A DNA stretch of 64,000 nt from Camelus ferus (Eukaryota), in assembly GCF_009834535.1 (NCBI RefSeq), contig NC_045696.1, forward strand, positions 20,400,001 to 20,464,000, in the 5' to 3' direction. Under the pieces are notes generated by a model. It saw only the letters and a list, made by a program, of their open reading frames with translations, ran no database searches and was not told the origin of the DNA. The position numbers were made by a program, and so were the translations under genes. This document shows positions 51,778 through 64,000 of the stretch, piece by piece (the stretch's first letter is position 1; each line of letters opens with the position of its first letter).

Positions 51778-52153
51778 GGCTATTTCTCACCCAATCCCTG
51801 ATGAAAAAAGTGCCCCTCTCTGGTTACTAGAATCACATAGGGAAATTAGATATAGAACATACATAAAAAATGGATGCAACAATTTTATCCCTTGAAAGCT
51901 CAGACCTCACACACATGCTTGCTGTATATAGACAGCTATCTTCACTTATATATAAGCACTCATTACATACAATATAATGCAACTGTCCCATATACCAATT
52001 ATGTAAATGAAGATGTAGCTATTATGACTATAAGTTCTATCATATATCATTTACAGAATATAAAAATGAAGAATATATAACATTAAGATGTTCAGATGTT
52101 TTTTCTTTAAAACCTGTAACCTCGGAACTATCTGGTCATTTAAAATGACTCCA

Positions 52154-52469
52154 TAAACAAATAAATTATTATAACAAAACAGAAAAAGACTCAAAGATAT
52201 GGAGAACAAATAGCAGTTGCCAGTGGTGGGAGGGAAATGGGAAGGATCAAGGCGGGGATAAGGGATAAATGGTACAAACTACTATGCATTAAATAAGCTG
52301 CAAGGATATATTGTACAGCACAGGGAAATACAGATATTGCTTTATAACAACTGTAAATGGAGTATAATTTATAAAAATATTGAATCACTATGTTGCACTC
52401 CTGAAACTAACAGAATACTGTAGATCAATTATACTTTAATAAAAATAAATAAAAATTTAAAAAATAAGC
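52154..52469 (+). mobile_element. L1 3'UTR (artiodactyl L1_Art-like)
   Basis: GGATATATTGTACAGCACAGGGAAATAC...TGAATCACTATGTTGCACTCCTGAAACTAAC followed by an A-rich tail. TSD ATGACTCCA at 52145-52153 and 52470-52478. Confidence 0.9.
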
Positions 52470-53573
52470 ATGACTCCAAATACAAAATATAACTGTGGAT
52501 AGAAAAACAAGGCTACTACAATAATCATTCTAATTCAGTAGAGGCTACAAGTTGAAGGAACACACAGTGATCACTGGTACAGGTCCTATACGACACGCCA
52601 CTGGACAAGAATACTAAAATGAATTCATTACTGACATACTTCCAACGCTAACAGTCTGCAGGCTACCCATTCATTGTTGATGTGACTATCAAGGCCTGTG
52701 GAAGGAATAACCATCCATCTCCATCCAGCTTGATGCCACAGCTCTGGCTCTAATTTCCTTAAGATTTTAGACTGCTACCCAAAGATTTAATTGGGAGCAG
52801 GGACCCATCTTAATCACGTCTAGCAACAGGAATCTTTTAGATCATTAAATTTTAGTGTAAAGTCTACTCTTGAACTCTCTTTTGGCCACGGATGTACAGG
52901 CCTCAGTCTGCAGCATCAGTCTTAGGATTTGACTCTGACCAATGAGAAACAGTAGGTAAAACTAGTCACCTCTATTCCCTGCCTGCCGTCTTATAAAGTG
53001 TGCCAACAAGTGAGGACACTATCATCTTTGCAGAACATAGTAGCTCCTGGAATTTGAGGGAAGGGGCTAAATAATGAGGCTCCCTGCTATTTTATGTTTG
53101 TTGTTGTTGTTTTTGTTTTAATTTCCCATTGGATGCCAAGCTAAATCCTGATATTTCTGACCTTCATTTTCAGGCTCACCACAACTGCAGCATGAGGCAG
53201 CGAAGTCACTTTTGGCACTTTCTAGATCTAAACACTTAGTAATGCTGGATCTCTGGCAAAAGGCAGAACACAACAGTACATATCTCTTTTCTCACAACAG
53301 TATGTGTGTATCTGTTCTTCCTTCAGACAGGTCAGCTTAAATCAAAGATTCTCTCTTAGCAGCATCAACATTTATCTCTTTTAGCACCTGGTTGAGGAGT
53401 GAACGTAAGTCAATGACACACACCAATAGTTTGATTTTTTTTTTTGAGAGTCCTATTTTTTTCTAAAATGTCCCATATTCTTCCAGAGCCTTGATTGTGA
53501 ATTCTAAGCAACAAAAGTCAATATTTTAGCCAACTGGTTAGCTACAATGTAATAAGGTTATTTCTCAAAAGCT

Positions 53574-53728
53574 TAAGGTTACTAGACAAATACAGAACAC
53601 CCAGTTAAATTTGGATTTCAGATAAACAAAAAATAATTTTTAGTGTACATGTGTCCCATGAAGTATCTGGACATATACCAAAATTATTGTATATAAGAAA
53701 TTTAAATTTAACTGGCAGTTGTCTGCAT
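53574..53728. mobile_element. MER53 hAT MITE
   Basis: Palindromic AAATACAGAACACCCAGTTAAATTTGGATTTCAGATAAACAA...TGTCCCA...GGACATA...GAAATTTAAATTTAACTGG. Confidence 0.85.
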
Positions 53729-54740
53729 TACTTAGTATGTAAGCACAAAACAGAGGAATCCTTACTCTTCTTACAGGATTTATTATTTGTAATCCCTAAT
53801 ATTGCAATTAATTATTGATGTACGGTACACAGTCTGGATACATTCTCACAGAGTCTAAGGAGAGAATCCAAAAAGTTCCCAGGATTTTTAGGACTGGAAT
53901 TGGGCATTTGATAGCCTTGGTGAACTTAATCCATGAATCCATCATTTCTCTTTGCTTCACTCTAATTGTTGGCATTATTCTTTCAACTTTTTCCACAATG
54001 ATAGAGTTGGAATAAGATGGATGCAATAATATTCACTACAAGTTCCTGTCTCCACTTAATTTTGGATCTAATATTTCTCTTTTTGTACTTATGCTAATTA
54101 AATGCCCCCTCACACTAATCACTCAATATAATGGCCCTGATATCCTGATCATCTTTTATCACATTATTGCATTTTATTTTTCAGAACAATTATTTCTTTC
54201 TGAAATTTTTTTATTCACTTATTTGTCCATATGTTAATGGTCTTTTTGATTAGCATTTAGATATAAATTCTAGACATAAAGTAGGCATAACAGTAAGAAC
54301 TCTTTCCTCATAGTCTGAAATCTGTCCATATGTATGAAACATAAACAGTACAAACATTTTTGCTCACAGGTTATTTACCACAAATATGTTTTCTACACAA
54401 GTCAACTTCTAGATTGATTTATTCCTGGTTACAAATTGATCTGTTTGTCTCTTCAGAAACTATGCTGCTTTCATATGATACTGTATCATAGTAAAAAAAA
54501 AATGGATGGGCCAGTAATCATTGACATTCTCAGAAATTCAAAGGAGGTCCAATGTCCAATATATTCCCACACTGAAGTACTAGATTTACTAATGCCTTCA
54601 TAGTAATGGAAATTATTTATAAATACTTCCAACAATTTCTAACTCTAAAAAAGATTCCTGTGATGTGAGTCCCACCTTCATTATATGTTGCTTTCAATTA
54701 CTAGCACTTTTCCCTGAGGAGGTTAAGGTGAACAAGGAAG

Positions 54741-55233
54741 TGAAAAACAACCAGAATATGTCACCCCAAAATATGCCTCTCTGGCATGAAAATTATGTTG
54801 AGCTGAAGGCCATTAAGAAGCAGCAAACCCAGAAAAAAACTCCCCCTTTTCTGCCTAAAGGCAGGATATAATACCTCCTTTTACTGGAGACAAATTCTTA
54901 CCATGCCCAGAGAGGGCATCAGAGGAATCCACAAACCTTACTCCACTAGTTTCCCCCCATATATTTACCTTCCCACAGTTTGCTGCCCTTGGAAGCCTAA
55001 CACTGCTTTCCTCTTTCCTATTGTTTCTCTACAAATTTACTGTTCTTTGTTGAAAATTCAATATAAGCCTTAGTTCTAAGCTGCTGCTTTAAGTTACTTT
55101 GTGTTTAGGTTCTCCCATGCAGTGTGTGCTGCACATGTTAATAAACTGTTTTTCTCTTGTTAAACTGCCTTTTTGTTAAAGAGTTTCAGTTCAACACTTA
55201 GACAGGTAGAGGTAAAGTGTTGCCTCCCCTACA
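54741..55233 (+). mobile_element. ERV1 solo LTR, MER34A-like
   Basis: TGAAAAACAACCAGAATATGTCACCCCAAAATATGCC...GAGCTGAAGGCCATTAAGAAGCAGC...TTAATAAAC...CCTCCCCTACA. No clean TSD. Confidence 0.85.
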
Positions 55234-55954
55234 TAGTTTAGGGTGAGTATTTCCTATAACCTGCAACAGGATATTTATTCGTATGTGACTTTTAGACCTG
55301 GACATATTTATAGCCATAATTCTTATATTTTCAACACAATAATTTTCATTTGTATGCACACAGTCACCTAAACTAAATATATGTAAAACCAAGACCATTA
55401 TGCTCTTACCAAACTCTGGCCATGTATTAAGTTGACCTTGGCAATCATAAAGACTAGGTGCTTCATCATTTCCAGGTGACTTTTAATCTCCTCTTTTAGG
55501 ACATCACCAAATCCTTCTAACTCTTTGTTCATATATTTTCTTACGTGTAACATTTTCTTTTAATCATCCCACCACAATTTAGTTAAATTATTTTCAATAG
55601 CTATTAATGGTGCCATAGCCTCTTTACAAGGTTTCCTGACTAATAGTCTATTTAATGTATATTAAATAAGAAGTAATAGTCAGCTAAGGCAAGTGTCCTT
55701 TTGATCCCATTACTCAGCTGCTTATAGCAGGATCATGTTGCCAAATGGCCACTTACATCAAATGAAAATTACTGACCATGTCTTTTAAAATATTACACCA
55801 ATTAACACACAGAGACCCTGCAATACTCAGATATACTTTACTGGGATGAGATCATTCCATTTCATCTACGTTCTACTGCAGTCCCAAATATCACTTTATG
55901 GCTCAATGTGTGAACCATTAGACTCAGTGCAATATACAAGTGGATTTTTTTGGA

Positions 55955-56110
55955 TATAATATGGGCATTAACATCAGAACCATATTAAAATACTGGTTTC
56001 ACCACTTATTAACTACCTAGTGACAAGCTAGGCTTTTAAACTTTTTGTTTCTTAGTTACCATATATGTTAAAAAATATAGATAATATTACCTATCTCAAG
56101 TGAAGAAAGC
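55955..56110 (+). mobile_element. MIR SINE (decayed)
   Basis: CTGGTTTCACCACTTATTAACTACC...ATAATATTACCTATCTCA. Confidence 0.55.
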
Positions 56111-56835
56111 TGGTAGCTAATGTAATATATGTTTCCCTAAACCCAATATGAGAGAAAAATTCAGAGGAAAAACAGTTTATATACCATGTGTAGACAACAA
56201 AATAAAGGAAAAAAATGCACCAAAGTTAACAAAGGACAAGATGTGTCAATCTGAAAGTAAACATAAAAGAGTTTAAAACCTCTGCTACTAAAAATAGAAT
56301 TTTTCATGTAGGGTTACACACAAAGAAACAACAAAGCAAACCAAAACAAAGAAAAAAATAGAAAAAATAATATTCCCTCAATGGAGTATTTTCTAAAGAC
56401 TGTGAACTATAAAACAAAGTGAAACAAATATCTTGACAGCAAAATGATTCTCAGACTAATTAACTACAACACCAAATAACCAGGGATCAATGTATTTACA
56501 TCAAAATGTAAAAATCAAGGAAAATATTATTAAATAAACAAAATTACTCAAAAAGACTAGCTAACAGTCATGGACTTTAACAAAAAGGGAAAAACAGAAT
56601 GAATATAAAAATTTAAATATCTTACAAATACAACAAAAATGCACTGGAGCAGCTGTTCAAAAATCCCTTAATCCCTCAGCAGTCAAGTGGGCAAAAGTGA
56701 ACATGAAAAAAATGCAGTATTATTAATGCTATAGAATTATTAAATAACTAGGACTGTAAACCATACAGAAAACAGAGGTCACTTTTAAGTGTGTATAAGA
56801 TAGGTCCAATATGCAAACACTGGGTAGGAATTAAA

Positions 56836-56899
56836 ACACACACACCACACACACACCACACACACACCACACACACACACAAACACAGACACACAGACA
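56836..56899. repeat. Interrupted (CA)n microsatellite
   Basis: CA runs punctuated by CC every ~11 nt, then CAGA variants. Confidence 0.92.
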
Positions 56900-58169
56900 A
56901 CTTTGTAAATAGTCATCAAAAGAGAAATTTTTTAGGCACTATTTTCTAATGATGTTTCAAAATTTTGAAATCAAAAAGAAAACTCCTTACAAAGTCTTCA
57001 CTCTACTCAGTTACTTCACGATCATATGAAGTCAAATCATAGGTTTGCAATTGTTTTAGAAATTAAAGTGAATTTGGCCAAAAAAAACTGAGACTCAAAT
57101 GAAACAATACTGAATTAAATTAAATCAAATTAATCAATTAGTAGATGATTATCAAAAAAGCCCCAAGAATAATAGGAAATACTAGAGATAAAGGGGGAAG
57201 TGATAATGAAAAGAAATGTAGCATTGATGATTAAACTTATTAATTTTTTTAAATATAAACAAAAGGATAACAGTTAAGCTACTCTAATAAGGAGAAAAAA
57301 ACTACACAGGGAGAGAGAAAGAAAGAATAGTTAAATGAAGTTGAAGATATAAAAATAAACAACAGACCAAATCAGAGAGATTAAATTTTTTGATGACCAA
57401 TGTCATGTAAAAAACATTATTACATAAAATTCTACAATGGAATATGAATATACCATTATTTTAGATTTCATTTAGAAAAATGCCTGACTGTAGTTTACCA
57501 TAAATTTTGAGGAGGAATAATGTCAATTAAGGGTTGCCAACCCAATTACCCCTTCTCCATCTGATATTCAGATATATTAATAAGTCACAATAATAAAATA
57601 TTAAAACCATATGATATAAAATAATAGAATTAAAGTTTATTGAACTACTATATACATCTCCAGAAGTGATCAACTATATGTAAAAAATTGGTATATAACA
57701 AACTGATATATAACACTTGTAATCACCAGATAAAAACGGATTATTGAATATTTTTCTTTATAAAAATTATTAAATATTTTATAAAATATATTGCACAATT
57801 CATAATACAGCAAAATTAAATGCAGATGGGTAATGTAGTTAAATATGAAAAAAGCAAAATCTGTTATAACTAAACTTGATGTATTTCAAAATTAATATTT
57901 TTTAAATGATACTATTATAATTAAAGCACTCTGATAATGTTGGCAGTAATATTCTTTCCACAAGACAATTAGACATTGTAGTAAAATCCTTGATTTTATT
58001 CACATTGTTTGAGCTGGATCTCCAGTTCTAGGAATTCATTAAAGACCAGAGATTGACACAGATGTGCATTTGCCAATGCTTTCTGTATACATTCACCAAT
58101 GGGACAGGCAAGTCCACATTACGGAATGCTCCACAGACATTGCTAATTTTACTACCAGTTAATGAGAGG

Positions 58170-58297
58170 ATTCATGCATCAATGAATCCCAATTTAGCAT
58201 CATTCTTGTGCCAGATACTTTTCTAGCTGTTAGAGATATAGAGGTAAAAATTCAAACATGTAAAAAGTCTAGCTCTTTTAAAATATACATTTTAGTG
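58170..58297 (-). mobile_element. L2 3' end
   Basis: ATTCATGCATCAA...TGTGCCAGATACTTTTCTAGCTGTTAGAGATATAGAGGTAAA...TACATTTTAGTG. Confidence 0.6.
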
Positions 58298-59263
58298 ATT
58301 TATTTATTGTTAAGGAAATAAAAATCACTGTGGGAACAAGAAATAATATGTTCCATGTTCTTACTACAAGGATAGAATATTATACAATCCTTATTATTTT
58401 GCTTTAGGTGATATAAAAATGGAATTGCTTCCTGAGGCTAAGGATTTTGAACCTTGAATTAGCAGTCATTCCAGGGAAATGGCTGGGGAGGAAGGAACTG
58501 TTGACTACAGATAAGCGAGGAGGGAACTCTCAATTCTTTTCAAATACAGACAGGGGCTTGAAATATTCTTGAAATTTTTGTCTTTAAGATATTGAAAATA
58601 CAAATATTAACCCAAATAGACTGAAAGCATCCTTGGTCAAAATTATGCCTATTCTGGTCTTGGTTACTCTTAATATTTCTTAGGTGTTTTGTCTTAAATT
58701 AATCCCCTATGTATAATCCAAATTTAAAATCACTAAGCGGATTTCTTGCCATGGGGGAAAAAAAAATTCAATCTTTGCAATTTTCCTTAGATCCTTTCCC
58801 TATGTGTGAACTCTATTCATTAAACATGTCCTTTTCTAAAAGGTTTCCAGAAGAGATGTACAATATTTTTAACAAATTTATCTTTCCTGTCATATTTCCC
58901 AAACTGCAGATACTCAGCATTCATTACATGGTTTTTTCTGGGCTCCATCTTAAAGATCTGCACTGCAGCACAATTTTAAAATATTGATTTCAAGCTCATC
59001 ATCTCATCTATGAGCACATCATCTCATTATGTGAGATGTTAAGTAAAAGAAAAGTGCTTGAATACCTACAGAGTAGGTGTGGGGAAAAAAAAAAAAAAAC
59101 CAAAACACTTTTGTTTCTACTTTCTCTCCCTATTTGGAGGCAAAGTTGATAAAACTGAAGGGGTGGGGTACCTAAATGTAAAAGAGTAAGGAATAAAAAT
59201 ACTAAAAAAGGTCTTCTAAAAGACCTCCATTTTACCAACTTTACTACATAAAACAGTACTTTC

Positions 59264-59952
59264 CAGTCCCTCTGTTAAACATATTTACTGAAGTCCCTGG
59301 CTTGCTGAATGCTTCTGGCTCACATAACATTGTCTCCCACACTTCTGTTCTCTTTGTTTCGGTAGTATGCATACCAAGTATCAGATGTGTTTATCCCTAA
59401 ATCTGTTTGTACCAGTTGTTTTTGTTTTTTTTCACTTACATAATTTATTTAAATATCACTTAAACTTATGAAAATAGGACTATGAAAATAAAGAGTTGTT
59501 TCTATAAAAACTAAGTTGTATGCCTTGAAAACAAGTTTATAAAGGTGAGTTGCTTGAAATATGCTTTCAAAGTAAGTGTGGGCTGGACAACTATAAAATC
59601 TGGAGAAGAAATCACAGACGTCTAAAAGGATTTTGCACACAAATTGCTTATAAGTGTTTGTAATTGCTTGATGTACTTTAAAGAGATGGAAACAGAAAAT
59701 TGCAGAGAATGAGTTATGAGTATAGTTTATGTTAAAAAAAAAAAAGAAGAAAAGAAAAAGGAAAAGAAAAGTGCACAGGACTGCATCCATTAGTTGACTT
59801 ACAAGCAAAGCCCTGGCCTCCAACGATAAAATTTTAAAGTAAATTCACATTTATACTCAAAGTTAAAATAAAATGTATAAATTGCATACCATCTTTAATT
59901 ATTTTAAGGTTTTCTGGCAAGGTAAATTATTTGAGTACAAGGGCTTCCTCCA
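59264..59952 (+). mobile_element. TcMar-Tigger relic (Tigger13-like) with a decayed transposase N-terminus
   Basis: ~59490-59830 translates across frameshifts to RVVSIKTKLYAL...KGELL...VGWTTIK...WRRNHRRLKGFCTQIA...KALA, a CENP-B/pogo-type HTH region. The right end AAGGGCTTC is TIR-like. Confidence 0.7.
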
Positions 59953-60529
59953 TATTTCGCAAGTGTTAATCACCGAGGCTGACCTGTTCACTCTTTGTTT
60001 TGATGGAAAATGCCTCAGCATAGCACTAATGTGCCTCCGTATTTTGATACCCTGTGACTCTCATCTCTGTCCACCCCACAGACACAGCTAACTGGAACAT
60101 TGGTGGTAGCTTAGTCAAAGTCAATGGGTAGAGGACAACAACTGTTGATCTGTTCTAAAAAGATGGAATGAATGGAAAAAAAAAATCAGATTCCTTCTTG
60201 TGATGAAAAGACCTAGCTATACATAGTGGGTATGGGTATTCAAAGTTATCCTTGAGGTATACTCAGGGTCAAAGTTCTTTGAAACTGTGTGTAAACAAAA
60301 CTTATGAGGGCAGAGGAATCATGAATAAGCAAGTAGAAGGGATCTGTGCTATTCAGAGAAAAGCAAAAATGTCATTAAAGATGATGTATTTTATTGCTTT
60401 TAAAATGACACATTTTAGTTTCTTTAACAGTACTTTTCCCCCTGCTCTTTGAATAATGGGTTCCAGTGTTTACATTCTGCACGGGGCCCTACAAATTACC
60501 TGAAGGCATACCTGAAGGCATGATAATAA

Positions 60530-60785
60530 CAAATAATGGGACCTTCTGTTTATTGGAGACTTACCATGTATTAGTCCTTTGGTAAGTGCTTTTTATGAAC
60601 TGGTTCATTTACGTTTTGAATTAGCCCAATCGATTTTTACCATTTTATAGATAAAGAAATTGAAAATTGAAATGAGAAAATTTCCTAAGAAAAAACTTAC
60701 TTTTAAGTAATAGTCAAAGAAACTGGAAATAAATCTAGGTCTATCTGAATCAAATGTCAATGATTTAAGTCATGATGTAGAATGA
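60530..60785 (-). mobile_element. MIR SINE
   Basis: TTTATTGGAGACTTACCATGT...TAAGTGCTTT...CCATTTTATAGATAAAGAAATTGA...AAATCTAGGTCTATCTGA. Confidence 0.75.
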
Positions 60786-61411
60786 TGACCTTCTTTAACC
60801 CTTTCCCTTTCTCACTATTCATATACTCCCTTTAAAGAGAGAGATGAACCTCTGTTTTTTGTAAGTAAAACTCCTGACAAGTCAGCAATATTGTAGAGAT
60901 TCCAAATTCAAGAAAGAGTATCTTTTGGCATTCTTTTCCTTAACATTAGCAAAGTTATTAGCCCAGAAAATTAAGAATTTCATATTTACATATATATAGT
61001 ACATAAAAATTATGCACAAGGGAGTATTCATCAGTGAAGTTCGTCTATATTTAACTTATTAAGAAGATAAATTTGTTGAAATTAACATTGTGTCTCTATC
61101 TTTTGGAAAAATACTTCAGTGTTTATTACAATCAGGGAGTTCCAAGATAATGTACTCAAATTATGTATACTTTCATATTTATGCAATTTTAATAATCAAT
61201 GAATTTATGTTTTGACAAAGCATAGGCCCACGGCAACTGAGAGGTCAAAAAATTATTATGGGTGTAATCATGTAAAGTAACATGATTATCATCGATGCCT
61301 TTTTTAAATTATGTAAACATACCACAGTTTTACCTCCAGTGAGGCAAACCCTCGCATTTCTGTGATGTATGAACAGTTAATATTTATAAAATTAATTGGA
61401 ATCACTGTTTA

Positions 61412-61462
61412 TATAAGTTAAAGGTAGGTAAATATTGGCAGTTTCATATGATTCAACTTTAT
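61412..61462. mobile_element. Partial MADE2
   Basis: AATATTGGCAGTTTCATATGATTCAAC matches the right half of MADE2. Confidence 0.55.
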
Positions 61463-63139
61463 ATATAACGCATATTAAAAATTACATATATACAAGTTCA
61501 TTACATTCCACTACACTTTCTAAACAGAAAGGGCATGCTGTGTTATAAAATTTTCAGTATCTTACTATCTAGTCACCCCTTTTGATGATAGCAGCTCTTA
61601 AGTAAAAGTTCTATCTGTCTGTTTTTGGTGCTATTTGTTGTTATTTCTCAGTCTTAAAATCTGGCATAAGAAGAGCAATATATTTTTTTTCAGTCAATAC
61701 TGCAATCCTGTTTTATGATAATTCATTTCTCTTGTCATTTCTTTAACAACATTTATTAAAAGAGGACATTCAAAAGTAAATATAGAAGGAAGTAACTACT
61801 ACTTCAAATTTGAATTTTGATTTGAACTTTGCAAAGATCAAGATATACACACACAAATGCATGCACACACATACACACATTTCTTATTTTTTGGTTTTAT
61901 TTCATTTACATAAGTCAAGTATTTTAAGACTCTATGAATAAGAGCTAAGCTATGAATAAAAGCAGGAACTTATGTTCCACAGAGCCATAATTTTATTGCA
62001 AGTGATTGCTAAGATATGCAAATGATTTTCAACCATTATCTTATCAGATGCCTAACTCAGAAAATCTTATTCCTCCTATGGATTTTTTCAAGTTTTTGAT
62101 TGCTATTTTCAGACACACATTTAGCTATGATGATAAGTAAAACGTTTTCTTACGATTCCATTTACTACTATGAATGTACTTCATCCTTATCTCATATAAA
62201 TCAAATCAAATAAGTTTCTCTCTTTTGGACAATAGCAAGTGAGAAAGAGATGGTTCCAAATATTAAGAAATAAAGAAAGAATTCAAGCAGGAAACAACAT
62301 ATAAATATTGTTACCAAAATGGAAGACATAACCAAACCTTTACAATAATGGGTTCTGCCTCAGTGCTAAAAGCTGGTTATTATGTTTTAGGGCATTTTCA
62401 GATATCGATGTTCAGTCAATGTGCCTTCCTGAACATCACATTTAGCTAGATACTTGTTATTTATGTGGATAGAGCTAGATGGATAATGCTATGCTTATAT
62501 ACTGAATCTAGTTTTGTTTTTATGGCTTTTTTATAAAATCGGCAAATTCACAAAACTAATTTTGAAGGAAAAAAATCTCTATAAGAGTTTTCCAAGAGTG
62601 AAAATGATGCTTCATACAAGATCAATTCCAGGAGCACTAGTAGGGAAAATCAAGTCTGATGAAATGGCTTCAAAAAATACATAAAGATGGAATTATTTCA
62701 ATAGAAAAAACCTAAAAATGTATATTCAATAAATGAAACTATAATGTACTATCTCCATAATGTGCAAACAGGTTTTCCCAATTCTGAACACTAGTATTTA
62801 AACAGATGCTAAGTTGCTCTCTGTTGTGTGTCATCATCTGAGCCAAGTCTTAAGAAACAGGCACTGACGTTTTATGTCTACATGAAAAAATAATTTCATA
62901 CATTATAACTGTTGGTTTTTCCTAATAGTATAACAATATTAATGCACTTGAAAAGTCAGTCACAATGATTATTTATTGTTTTGGAGATAAATGGATTGGA
63001 TATTATCTCATTGCTCTCTAACGTTTTGTTTTTTAGCAAAAATTTTATTTTTCATTATTGCTAATAGCAAACAAATATTTTCTTAAAATGGACTAGTATG
63101 TTTAACATCTAGGTGCTTTCACAGAGTATAATAGTGGAG

Positions 63140-63310
63140 TTCAGCCTTCTCTGCCTCAGTTTCCTTGTATGTAAAACAGTAGTAATGAATACGATGACAA
63201 TCATAAAATAATAGTATATTCTGTTTTAAAGTTTTCTTAAGCATTAAGACCAATCATATAAGTAAATAAATGAGCACATTACATACAACAAGCATTCAAT
63301 AAATAGTGGC
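63140..63310 (+). mobile_element. MIR SINE
   Basis: CTTCTCTGCCTCAGTTTCCTTGTATGTAAAA core...GCATTCAATAAATAGTGGC tail. Confidence 0.7.
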
Positions 63311-63384
63311 CTATCTGAATGTATATTCATATATTCTGAAAGATATTGGAAAAATACATTAAGGGGACACTTGTATAGCTTATC

Positions 63385-63580
63385 TTAACACTGGAAAAGT
63401 TTAAAGAATAATTCATGACTCTAACACGTAGTTTACCATGTGATTTTGGAAAAGTTTAAAAAATCTCCATCTCTCTTTATTCACTTGAGACTCTGATTAT
63501 AAAACTTTACCTATGGAGTTGTAAAAAGCCAAACAGCTTATTATGCAGGTGGAAACCTTTTATTGTAAAATGCTATATAA
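63385..63580 (+). mobile_element. MIR SINE (decayed)
   Basis: TGTGATTTTGGAAAAGTTT...TTGTAAAATGCTATATAA. Confidence 0.45.
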
Positions 63581-63712
63581 TTCCAATTTTTCACATATTT
63601 ACCAATTTAATCAACACATATTTAGAACATCAATAAGCACCTATTGTGCACTGAAACATAAAGAGAAATAATACAGATATTCTCCCTAACTTTGTAGTAT
63701 TCAAAATTTATC

Positions 63713-63894
63713 GAGGGGAGGGTATATCTCACTGGTAGAGTGTGGGCTTAGGATGCATGAGGTCCTGGGTTCATTCCCCAGTACCTCCATTTAAAAAATT
63801 AATTAAGTAAGTAACCTAATCACCTCCCCTCTAAACAAATAAAAATTTTTAATTAAATAAAATTTTTTAAAAAGCAAAGATTAAAAATACACAT
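63713..63894 (+). mobile_element. tRNA-derived SINE, camelid Vic-1 type
   Basis: GGGGAGGGTATATCTCACTGGTAGAGTG...GAGGTCCTGGGTTCATTCCCCAGTACCTCC, with tail AACCTAATCACCTCCCC. TSD AATTTATC at 63705-63712 and 63895-63902. Inserted in an L2-like relic. Confidence 0.9.
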
Positions 63895-64000
63895 AATTTA
63901 TCAATATAAGGCATTATTGTTATACCAAATATACTCCTTTTGAGTATCAATTCCCCATAATTTAAGAATGAAAATTCTGTTCAAAGATTGAGTAAGCAAC

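Noticed and set aside
10090..52469. Using L1 strand bias to infer a host gene's orientation
   Set aside because: L1s occur on both strands in comparable numbers, so no inference is possible.
56140..58050. Possible very old plus-strand L1 remnant
   Set aside because: A-rich with scattered L1-like words, but too decayed for me to give boundaries or a family.
641..60452. The short ORFs of the six-frame track as protein-coding genes
   Set aside because: All are 60-176 aa, low-complexity or inside repeats, with no recognisable cellular homology or consistent exon structure. The recognisable ones are L1 ORF2 debris.

Overview
This window is eukaryotic, not prokaryotic. It is AT-rich, CpG-depleted mammalian genomic DNA, very likely camelid (alpaca/llama/camel), judging from two tRNA-derived Vic-1-type SINEs and young camelid-type L1 3' ends. 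I found no protein-coding exon, functional RNA gene, CpG island or CRISPR array that I can support. It reads as a gene desert or the interior of a large intron. It is packed with interspersed repeats: old and young L1s, L2/MIR relics, MaLR LTRs (MLT1A0/B/C/D/K-like), ERV1-type solo LTRs, and DNA-transposon relics (MADE2, MER53, Tigger, hAT-Charlie). The only ORFs with recognisable homology are broken L1 ORF2 pieces. The most informative signals are insertion architectures readable from the sequence: an L1 3' transduction with its own poly(A) signal, tail and TSD (32.3-33.2 kb); a twin-primed 5'-inverted L1 (16.8-17.95 kb); an unidentified poly(A)-tailed retrocopy-like insert in an old L1 (45.35-45.58 kb); an apparently chimeric double LTR under one TSD (22.6-23.5 kb); and a compound SINE (8.5-8.7 kb). 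Subfamily names come from recall of consensus sequences, not database searches. I cannot support a claim of a new biological system here.
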